Of a stretch of 64,000 nucleotides of DNA, positions 29,201 through 41,200 are shown in pieces. Location: positions 1-64,000 of the forward strand of contig NMRA01000542.1 in NCBI GenBank assembly GCA_002633005.1, read 5' to 3'. This DNA is from Phoronis australis. Its lineage: Eukaryota; Animalia; Phoronida. Position numbers and translations under genes: made by a program. Position 1 is the first letter of the stretch. Each line of letters starts with the position of its first letter. A model generated the notes under the pieces. The model did no database searches. It was not told the DNA's origin and saw only the letters and a program-made list of their open reading frames with translations.

Positions 29201-32200
29201 TAGATAGTTACGTAATTGAGCTAAGTCCACGGGGACCTTATTTACATGTATCTCGTTGATGGGAATGCTGTTTCAGCAGTCTGTTTGGGTGACAGGTGAC
29301 AGTATGTTGCATGTGCTGTTCCAGAAACAAACAACGGTTACATATAGTGCAGTCGGGTCATCCATGTTTAGTTTGCGAACAGTTTAACGTGAAGACGCTG
29401 AGCACCAAAGGATATTGCGAATAATCAGTCAAGGCGTGTTGCACGACAAATTTGTATATTTACTATAGTTTGATGACTCGAGTGTGTTCAGAACCAGTAA
29501 CATCGCTGTTTAAGTTTTTGAGGACATCGTGTGAATTTCTTGTCAGCAAATAATGATCACAAATCTGCGCGGCTGTTCAAACGGTCTAAAACCGCATATC
29601 GAAACATTGTCACCAGGGGACCACATAAATTCTAAGATTTCGGACACGATCAAGTTTGCCGTTTTTCTCATATTTTTCGACTTTCTGACGGCCAATATTG
29701 CCTATTTCTAATATTTCTGACAGGTTCAAAATAAACATTTTTTGGCTGTCCTAATTTCGGGAATTTTTACCGTAATATGTGAACATCTATCGGAATTTAG
29801 ATGTTCCCTGGTCCTGGTTTTCAAATGGTGAATAGTTTTGTCTATATAACTGGAGCCACATCCAGCACAGATAAATTAATTGTACACTACCCTGGACTGT
29901 GGACCCATAAATTAGACAGTTTTAAAGACTTGAATGTTAATACAACTCTTAAGTTAATTCCCCAATTTGAGTTTTTGTTGAACAATCTTGGCGTAAAAAC
30001 CAACATAGGGCACTTAAAGTACTTGAAGTTAGTTTTGTCTACAGCATGAATATCATCAGAGTATCGTTGCAGTCTTGCTTTCAGTACCACACTGACTAGT
30101 TCAAGGGGGTAGCCATTCTTTTGCAAATTTGATGAAAGTTGAACTTCTTTAATATGAGAATGAAATCTAGCCCAGGTGTTGTTAATGTGATATACCCTGT
30201 GAATTATTACAATAAACTGTGTTAACTTAAGAGTTGTATTAACATTCAAGTTTCTATAACTGCCTAATTCATTTAACCCTAAGGTAAGCATTCCTATGTG
30301 TCTGGTGAGTGTAGTGTGGTGTGGTGTGGTGTGCTAGATGTAGCTCCAGTCAGGCAAAACTGTTCGCCATTTGAAAACCCGACGGACCAGAGAACATCTA
30401 AATTCTGACAGAAGTTCACATATTAATAGTCATCTGTAGAGCTCCAATTATTGTTCTAAGCAGTGCTCTTTCAAGGACTTTGCTATAATAATAGACCAGG
30501 CAGAAACAACAAAGGAGCTCAAAATTCGTGAGGCTCTACACATCAATTGGTGCAGTCCCAATCTCAATTGGCAACTGACACACCACAGGTTGTCATTGTT
30601 AGTCTAGTCTATTGTTACTCCCCTGTAACTGACTGTCTGTGTATCATTACTTGTTGTTGGGCCTAGCAAGGTGGACAATGTTTTTTCTTATGATGAAGGT
30701 GTTTTAATAAATGACAAAACATGTCAAGCTGGTTTAACTACCTTGTTGTTTTCATAATACATGCTGCTATTAAACACATTGCATTTGGAAAAAACAATAA
30801 TGTAACATTCACTAGTGTTGGCTTACTAAGTAAATGTACCAACCTGTCTGATGGTCAAATACTGCGCACAATCATAATGTGTTCACAAGTTACCATGACC
30901 TGGTTGGCCAAGACTATCCATCACGGAGCAAGTTACTAGTTACCAAAAACACCTCTAGCTCGAGACTGCAAGGCTGCTTCAACATTCAAATGGTTACAAA
31001 CAACATATTGTTGAACCTTGTACAATGTACCATGCAATCATGTCAACAGCAATATCACACTTCAAAGTCCAATTTTACCTATTCTACATAAGTCTATAAC
31101 TTTAGTTGTAACAAACTATGTAAAAATTTCTAAAGTCCCTTGAAATACATTGCAACCATTTCAATTGTAGCTTGGTATTGAGGGTACTCCAACTGAGAAA
31201 TTCTCTGAAGACCGACCACTTATTACTGACTGGTTGCATTCAACCACACAAAGAACCTCTACAGTGCAGCTTCTAGACAAGGCAACGCATTTCAAATTAA
31301 CCAATCCAAAAACGTGCATACGAGAACACTAATTTTGCATAGTGATTTCCAAAGATAAGAGTGGCATTTACATCTTATAATTAAAAGCCATCAGACTCAA
31401 TCACACTAAATTCGTTCTCAGAACATCTTAACATCTTCATGAAGTAGGATGGGGATGGGCAGAAGCAGGCAATGTTGGCCAAAAATCAGCCTCAAATGCA
31501 ATACTGTCCACTGGGATCTCACTTCGACTGTGTACTCGGTTGTTTCTCACCCGGTTTTTGTCTCATTTTCCAAATCACACTGAGGACTACCTTGTTGAGA
31601 TTGAGAGCTTTTACAGGCTCTTGTACATGTAAGTTGACTTGGCTGAGATTGGCAATATTTGTATTACATTCAATTATATTAGTTACCCAGTTATTGTTTA
31701 CTATGCCTACTTGTGGAGTCCATCTAACTATAAGATTGAAATTAATAAAATAATGTAACTTACCTTCCAAATATATAAACACTGGGTCCTCATTTCTGAC
31801 TGTCTCTCTTCGTAGAGATCTCTAAAATGTTACAATTAAAAAATAACTTTCTAAAAGTATACTAAGAAGTCTATATAGGATAGAAACATAATTATCTAAT
31901 GATTGACTAAAATATAAACTAGTTGATGCAATTTCAGTGCCAAGGTGTTTGACTCATTTTGGACTAAAACAGATAAATGTTAACACCAGGTGTTGTCACA
32001 CTACACTTGTCTACAAATCATAAGATGCAATGCAGTATTTAATAGTTAATACAAGAAAACGCTGAGCACTGATATATACTCGCCTAGTTTTGTCTCTAAT
32101 AATTGGGACATGAAGCTCTCAAGGTAAAAATAGTTTGTATACTAGTGTCAGTACGAACACAGCAAGTGAAGTGTAAATAGTGAACTTGGCATCAAGTGTT

Positions 32201-35200
32201 GTGAAACCAAGCACCAAGTGTGGCAGCAACAGGCCCAGTAACTGTGAGAAAGAACGTTCGTGTTAGAAGCAAAATTAAACAGTAGCCATAGACTGACGTC
32301 ACCAAGGTTTGTATCAATCTGGTCGGCTTTTCTATGTGTACGGGAAAATATGGCTTGGGGCAAAAAATCAGAACACTTCAAGCTCAAGACGTGTAAATTA
32401 TTAACCAAAATGGCAAAAAGTGTCAAGTTTGGAAGTGACAGGCCCAGTCTTTGTAATATAAATGTTTGCGTTTGAAAGACATGGGGAGCAAAATTAAACA
32501 GCTGCCATGGACTAACATCACCAAGCCCTGTTAGTTAATGCAATAACTATCATTCTGATACCAGATTCTTCAATTTAGGGAAAAATTGCTAAAATTGGCA
32601 TTTTTTTATTTTTTCAATTTTTTAAGATTTGCACTGACAACGAAGTAAAATGTCCTCAGTGGCAATATAGATCTAAAAATTTGATAAAAAATACAAAATT
32701 GCATTTGTCTGCCATAATGTACTACAACCTTCACCAATATCTGCTCCGATACACTTGTGCTATGTATATTCTTTGTTTGACACTGAATTTCATATTCTTA
32801 TATTAACTATTGGCAAATTGTACAAGATAAAAGTAATCGGACAAAATGCCATTTCCCGTTAACAGCAAAAATGACTGTAGGCAACACGTAGCCCTTCGGC
32901 TTGTTACCTAGAGGCTACAACATCCCCATAAGTCTCTATGTTACTATCATCTCGGGTATTTTAAACGGTTGGTAGGCCAAATCCACTTACCAAATAAGGT
33001 TTTCACATCAAAAATACATTTTACACTTAAAATTGTCACTTAAAAAGTGCTTACTTTCCTTAGCGATCCTTTCTCATTCTACTCATATCCTCAATGGAGC
33101 TTGTCTATGGGAATTAAGATGACTTTGGAAAAAAATTCCAACTACACTATTTAGGTCGCCCTCAACTTAATCACCGCACAGAAAAATCACAAAGTATTTC
33201 AACTGACATCACACGACTTATGCAAGGACAAGCGAGAAACTGAGCAAAGCCCGTGGCCTTGAGTGCCACACTTGCAGAAATTAGCATGGGAAGATATCAG
33301 GTCCACTTTTAAGATTTGTGTCCCTTGGACTTTTTGTTAATCAACAGGCATGATTTTGCATTATTTCCTCAAAATGGCACCCAGTGACAGAAGTTCGAGT
33401 GAACTGTGACAGGTTTTCATGGATATGTTCAAATTATGTTGACTAGAATCATTGTATAATGTTAATCATAATTCAGTGTGTATACATTAAGCATATTTCA
33501 TTCAATGTTATTCTCTGGACTTTGAGATGAGTAACTTATTACTATCGCTGTATAGACGGTGATGTCATTGCCTAAAATGACTGGTAAAGCTATAACAGCA
33601 GCAAAATTCTAATTACAGAATGGTTTAGCCACCTAACTTTCCAGTTCGTTCCTCTCCGTTCTCGGTAATATGGGAAGAATACTCAGATCATGAATTCAGC
33701 TTCTGCCAAGCCAACATAATGGGGAATTCCAGGTCAGTTGTCAAAATACTTTTGACTTAGTTCAACGATGAAAGGAAGACAAGTATGAACGACACAGAAA
33801 ACTTAAAATGCTCAGTAAAGATAAAGCTGAAACAGAACTGATTCTAAATTTTTTAACTGCAGTTTTAATCAGGTTCTGCTTACGTGTCTTGTGTAAAAGC
33901 TTGGATCTTGGCCAAATTCAACGCTTGAACTCTGCCTAATCTGTAAAATAAGATTTTTTGACAAAATGTAGTGATCTTGAGAAATCCCATTGACCCATTA
34001 AAAATTGTCAGTACTCTCATGTATTGACAAAAAGTTGAAAATAAAAACTGAGACGCCATTCATATCCAAGTCAACATTTTGTTTTATTGACATAAACCAT
34101 CATCAGGAACAATGTCACTGACCGGCAATACAATCAAAATTATACCAAATGAACATCACAATGCATGCGCAATACTGGCAAGTGACAAGACAGCAATCAG
34201 AATAACTCTAAACCAAATGACACAATACTTCTGTTGAGTGAGCTCTCAGCACGAATCTGTTTGATGTGAATAGATTCCTGGATACACAGCTGGACCTTGT
34301 TAGGGTATTTGTCTAGAATCTTAACTTGAGAAAAGCCAATCTCATGACCAGTTATAACTGAGAGAGTATACAGAGCCCTGGTGGGATTGCAATATCCTAG
34401 TTGTCATGCTTATATATAAAAGTCAGAATTGTTACAATGTATAGGCATGACAATTAGGATCTTGCAAACTAGAGCTAGTGCTCTGTTTACTCACTCCATG
34501 ACCTTATTCACATCAAACAGACTCATGCTTTACAGTTATTCTAATCACTGCCTTCTCACTTACCAGTACTGCTCATGCATTGAGATGTTCATTCAGTATT
34601 TTGATTGTATTGCCGGTCAGTGAGATTGTTCCTGATGATGGTTTATGTCAATAAAACGAAACATTGACTTGGATATGAATGACGTCTCAGTTTTTACTGT
34701 CAACTTTCTCCTGTTACTATGGCCAAAACTATACTAAGTGTTATCGGCTCATGCAATGATTGTTCAGGTAAGCTTTCTGATGAAGTCTGAATCACTGCAC
34801 CAGAGTGTAGAAAATTTTTCTGAGAATTCTAATGGAGCATCATTAGATTCAACAAACCAGCAATACTCAGAAGGTCCTCAAAAGGTAAAGGTCGCAGACC
34901 AGCCTCCAGTCAGTGAATGTAATGTTTACTTGATGGTGAATAGGCTACATCAATGGAAAAATGGGATGTGTCTAAATTTAATAACACGTAAAATTACAAA
35001 ATTCCTGAAGGTAGCTGCATGTTTGTAATGAATGATAGATCCGATACATGACATAACTGAGTGACCACTATGATTTTATCCTGCAGAGTGAGGTGAAATA
35101 CTCTACCAGCAAGGCCATTAACCAAGGTGACAACTTACAGATTATTTGATTCCAATATGTAACTGAAAAACTCCTCTTCAAATAACAGGTTTCTTGGTAT

Positions 35201-38200
35201 GACCTCATTCACATCTTCAGTTGACATCACACCAAACTGGTTGAGTGTCTGATTCACATTGAAAAAGTAATCATGGACAGGATCAGCACCGTCACGCAAC
35301 CATTTGCAGATGATGTAGCGCTCTGAGTTGGCGGGACGGCTCGTTACCGGTTTAAAAATGGCAACTTGTTTAAACACGCGATACATCAGATAGACCAGTC
35401 CAACACTGAATGGTGTAAAAATGTCGAACAGTTTACAAACAAAATGGCCACCTGCAAAGAATGTACAAGATAATTATGTAAAGGTCGCACGACATTCTAA
35501 GTTTGTAACAAGCTGAGATTAAATAAGACTAAAGATGGAAGATTATATATTAATATTTCTCATCTTCTGAAACTTTTCACACTAGAGCAAAGCCAATAAT
35601 TCATTGAATCATAGTTGTAAAATCCAGTGTTCACCTTAAACAACCACTGACTGATGAAGAGAATAAAAGAGTATTTTTTATTCAACAAATTTCAGACAAA
35701 CAGGAGGTTAATTTCACTTAATAACCGTGGTCAAGATCTATTTGTTGATTATCAACTTACCAGGTCGCAAGACAGACAAAGCGGCTAAAAACTGGCAGAG
35801 ATACAGCTGTTTAGAGAGAATTTCTTGAATGTTCTCCTGACCTTCTACGGAAAAACCCTAAAAGAACAAGGTCATTATAGGTCAACATACTTTAACCCTT
35901 TTGTTTGACCAACGCATTCAATTCACTTTCTAAACTTCTCAAACAGTAAGAGTAACTACCTTTTGCACTTAGTCCCTTATTTCCTTGATACTAAGAAAAT
36001 GCACAAAATGTATGTGTTCAATTGGGAGAAATTACTGAGAATTACAAAGTATAGGCTGGGTTTATTGCCCTACGATGAGTGAACATGGTTCTAAGTAAAA
36101 ACACTTAGTGAAAAAGAAAAATAAGAAAGATAACAGAATTTTAGCAGAATGAGTTCACAAATGTGGCTGCAGTTTGTAAGAGGAATGTTTTAGGCACGTT
36201 TCAGTGGATCACACCGGAATGTTTTAGGCACGTTTCAGTGGATCACATCGGAATGTTTTAGGCACATTTCAGTGGATCACACCGGAATGTTTTAGGCACG
36301 TTTCAGTGGATCACATCGGAATGCTTAATTCACACTTAGAACTCCTATGGGAATATCATAAATGGCCGATTGGATTCATGTGAAGCTTTCTCATACGCTG
36401 CTAGTAATTGTTTTTAAAGTTTCACTATTGCATGAGAGGCTATCAATACTAAACATTACAAGATTTTTAATGAAAAAATTGGAAGTAATGTTACAACAAA
36501 AACAAAACGTTTATTTTAACTGTAACCAAGTTTTTCAGATTTCACCTTGAACATTTATAACTGCAACTGAAATTAGATCACGTTATTGACACTGTTGTTC
36601 TGCTTTCAATGCACCTTTTCTGAAATTTTAATGAAACGACATGGTCACGTGACCCAGTTAATGGCAGATTGGAACACAGTCAAAAATCAAATTCTAAAAG
36701 CTTCCTACTTTCATGAAGTATATACTTCTATTGAGTACCTATTTTCTTGAATCTACGTTGGTCTTTCATGCTAGGACAACGTTCATAAGATTTACATGAT
36801 CAGTTAAACAACACTGAAGAGTCTCCCATTGAACACATACACATAGCATTTGTTCAGTTTCTTGGAAATTAGGGGCTAAAGCAGTAGGTATACTACTTTT
36901 CAAAAATGTTTAGTAATTATCAGAATAATTAAGCCAGGTTGAATATTGTGAATAACATTCTACACAATATTTTCTATTTTCAGCTGAACTCCTTGATTGA
37001 CAGTGAACAATTGACTTTGTGTTAGTTGTTAGAATGACATTAACTCTATAGAGGGGAAGTTAAAACACAGCTCATATTAAGCAAAATATGTCACAGAAAA
37101 GGTAAAGTCAGGTGATTTCAACCACGTACGCCATCTCCCATGACGAAATGGACGCCTTTACCGTCGGTGTTCTCTAACACAAATTTACGGAATGCCACCA
37201 GGTTGTCTGGCTTAAAGATGTCACCATCTCCCTCCACGCCGCCAACACCTGAAAATAATGTTCACATGGCAACTTAAGTGTGTAGCAATTCAATGACTGT
37301 ACAATTTAACAGACAGTAAGAGGCAAATTCTCAAACTAATTGAATGGGGACTTGACTTAAAATTCACAAGGTTTGGTGAGTGAAGCAATGGACCTTCCCT
37401 TCCTCATGTGGTGAACATGCCCTTTAAACTGAGATATTCTTATCACAACCCCTTCTACCCACATTCTTTTAGGCACCTGCTTCTATTGTGAGTTAGTGTT
37501 GCATATACTTAGCAAATAGCCATGCTGGAAACCACTTTTCAATGAATATATCAAGGCTTGGGTTTTGCTGACATCACTACTACTTGTCCATCAATATAAT
37601 AGTATAATTTTTACTCCTCTATTCAGATTTTATGGTTTCCATTGGTTTTCATGTCCCAAAATGAAAATGGCAAATAGAACTATGATCTGATAAGGAACAG
37701 ATTAATCCCTCACTAAATAGTCACTCATTCTGTTGATGACAAGCACCCTAGTGAGACTGGAATGTGGATAGAACTAGCCCAGCTGACCAAGTGACATTGG
37801 AGAAATTCAAAAGTTTTCTCCAAACAGATCCTTATCTCGTTTACAGCCGAAATTCAGTTAACCACATGGGTCCCTTATCACACGAAGGCCTCCATGATGA
37901 TGACTTGCTATCTGCTCTCAATTTATTCAGATGTCAAAAAGAGTGACATTGTTTATTAACGCCACCTAGTGAATATCAAATTGGCCATACAGTGTTGTGA
38001 AGTATTTTCCGCTTGATCCAATCTCAAATTAGTATATAAGACAAAACCCGCCTTCTTTTATCCACAATGGGGGCATTTGAACATTACATCAGATAACAGT
38101 CAGTGATCATAAGCATAAGATGGGACAGGAGACAAGTGCCCCCCCCCCATGAAGTTGGGAGGCATTCACCCCACTAAGTGATCAAGGGGCTGGGCAGGAT

Positions 38201-41200
38201 ATAAAACTGACATCAACAGGGATGTGGGCAAAGGTGAAACGTGTGTCGGCACAGTGTGGATGTGGGGTAAAACTGGTGTTGACATCAGGGAAAATTGGAT
38301 AGAGACCAAGGAAGCAAGATCAAATCAAGTGTTGATTGGAATGTTGCGTTCACATTTGTTTCGCCCCACCCCCCACTAAACCTAGCCTTCCTAAGCCTAT
38401 GGCAATGATATGATCATCATGATACGGTAACAAAGAATTTAAAAATTCTGTTATCTCCAGTTTACATCACATATAGACTGTAGGTGGCGCATCTGTCCAA
38501 CAAAAACTCCACAGCCACCATGTGGCATTGTTCAAAAGTCAGCAATGAATAAACCACTTCGTTACCGGCTCTTTATGCCGGCAATGAATAAAGGTAATTG
38601 ACCGGGCACCAAGGCCGTGTGAGCGCATGCTAATTCAGTGTTTGCTGACAGAAAGCTGTTGAGAAAGAATTACTCGATTTTATTTGCTATGGTCACATGT
38701 CAAGGGAATCTTTATTTAGAAATACGAATACATTATTCAAATCACTGTTAATGTACAACCTTTGCCCTGACAGTCTGTGGAAGGGGAGCCTGAGTTCCGG
38801 CGCGACCCTGACAAGTAAGTAGATTTTTCAGCTTTGTGGCTAATTCACATACTAGTTACGTGCACATTATTTCTTTGGCTCACTATTATCAGTGTTGTAG
38901 AGGGGCGTAGGCGCAGCCAACCCCGTTTTGGTATTTGAATGCAGCACCTAGGCACCTGAGTTACGTTCAGTGCTCAAGGTGATACGATGGGCTTTCGGCA
39001 CCTACTTACCTCTACTTTCACCACTACAGCACTGACTATTATAGTCTTTTCGTGATTGGAGGTTTATTTTCCAACTCAAGCTGGTTTATGTGCGTGCCAG
39101 TCCCGGCGGCCGCGACGGGCCTGATCGGGTTCCGAGCCACAGGCCAGGATAATGAGTCAATCCCGCCGTGACGGGCCTGATCGGGTTCCGAGCCACTGGT
39201 CTGGATAACAAGCGTTTTGTGTGTTTAGAACTCAAAAAATCACAAGTCTCAACAACACAGATCTAGGTTCTTTTGTCTGTATTTCACGGAAGAATACTTC
39301 GAATTTATCTCCGAACAGACCCCAAACTCCTGCTGCGGACCTTGGTAAATTGGCCTGCCAAACTTTGTAGGCTACGGTGTGTCCAAATACCAATAAATCC
39401 ATAACAGCGAAATAAAACATCACGTGTTTTGTATTTTTAAGGGTTTTACATCGAAGTTTTGTGATTTATTGGACAGGTGTTAAACGAATTCAAGCGATAA
39501 GCTGACATCAGTAACCCGTGTTGTGAACTGCTGAACAAACTGCGTGTGAAACCAATGACGTCATTGGATAATTTCAACACATCCGTCTGCCGTCAGGTGT
39601 CAGGTAATGCAACCGAACGTGCCGTTATGGAGTAGAACTACTCGATCCAAATTGATACAAAATAGCATGTTGTTTGGGTGGCATTCTCCTTTAACATCAT
39701 TGGTAAGAATATCTCCAAGCAAATCGGTGTCCTAAGAAGACCAAGCTTCTGAATACCTCTTTCCTCTAATTTTATCTCCACACTGGTGGCAGTTTTGTCA
39801 TATGGACAGTATGTGGACTAGTAAGAATTGCCTGGAAAGATTGGCTTTTGTTGTACAATGCAAATTGAAAAAGACTACCTATATTTTATGCACTACATCC
39901 TACTGGCCACTATGAATTCTTCTTACCTGTTGGGATTACAATGAACTAGGCACTTGCCACAGTACCAGTACCTTTAAATGACTGGGTTCTTTGTTTGTTT
40001 GTGGATTAGGGAACAGATGGGTGTAGGTGATAATAACTGCCACTTCATATTTCCTTTTGACATTGTGCACAATAAAAGCTACCTTTCCAATGTTTGAAGA
40101 GCAAAAACTGTTAACATCAACAAAAGAAAACACAAAGAACAGATATTGAAAGAGCTGTTTCTTTGACGATGTGTCCCAAGCACTAGTTACCAGACTGAAC
40201 AACACAATGGGGGACTTGACTTGCCAGCCCCATCACTTATCAGTGATGTTCATAACCCAAAGAATGAAGTGAAATTTGAATGGGAGAGCCCTTTATGATT
40301 CTGTGACCTCAACACTTTGTGTCAATCATCTGAGCACTTCTTGTTCATGGTTTAGGCGTAATGTGGATCACCGTAAGGTGGCCCACCGTAATGTGGCCCA
40401 CCGTAATGTGGCCCACCGTAATGTGACCCACCGTAATGTGACTCACCGTAAAGTGGTTCACCGTAATGTGACTCACCATAATGTGACTCACCCTAATGTG
40501 ACTCACCGTAATGTGGCTCAAAGTTCTCACTTGGTCCTGTGAAGAACTCAGTCAGCTTGAAGTCATTCTCTCCCTTCAGCGTGAAGCCAAACCCCTTTGT
40601 ATCTGCCTTCTTACGCCAGAGAACGTACTCACTAAATCCCCCGGGTCCAGCACAAACATCCACAAAGTACAGCAGCTCATTCGGAAGGACAAGACTCTTC
40701 TGAAAAAACAATGCGACATACGTTTTTCAGCCTATGGTTGAATAGACGCTGTATATTACTGTGTATGGATACTTATCATACATCTTCAATTTAGCGATAA
40801 GTTTCAATATCAAAATGGATATTGTATTGGACTATGACAAAAACTTGTCTCATGAGTAATTCATGGCGTCAAAGACTAATTAGAAACCAATGTTTACAGA
40901 ACTCCATAGGTTTGAACGGGGAGTCGAGGAGTTTATAACTGAAAATTAATCCATCTTTGAACCAAAGAGGCTTGAGATTCAATCTATCACACACCTGGGA
41001 CAGGATTCTGACTAAAAGTTTCCCATCGATTTTCTCAACTCCAACCTAATCCATCAGAGGTCGCACAGGCTAGAAAAGCCAGCATAGGCTGGCAAAACAT
41101 TGCCATTTTCTTCTCGCATAATTTCAGTAATGAATCAATTTTCTGTGGAAGGCAAGCTTTTTCATGTCATTTTTAGTAAAAATATGGGTGGTTGATTATC

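Noticed and set aside
38470-39825. Possible TIR element around a GC-richer block containing a 27-bp duplication (39114-39196)
   Set aside because: The terminal inverted similarity is too weak to set boundaries, and I found no TSD or coding relic.
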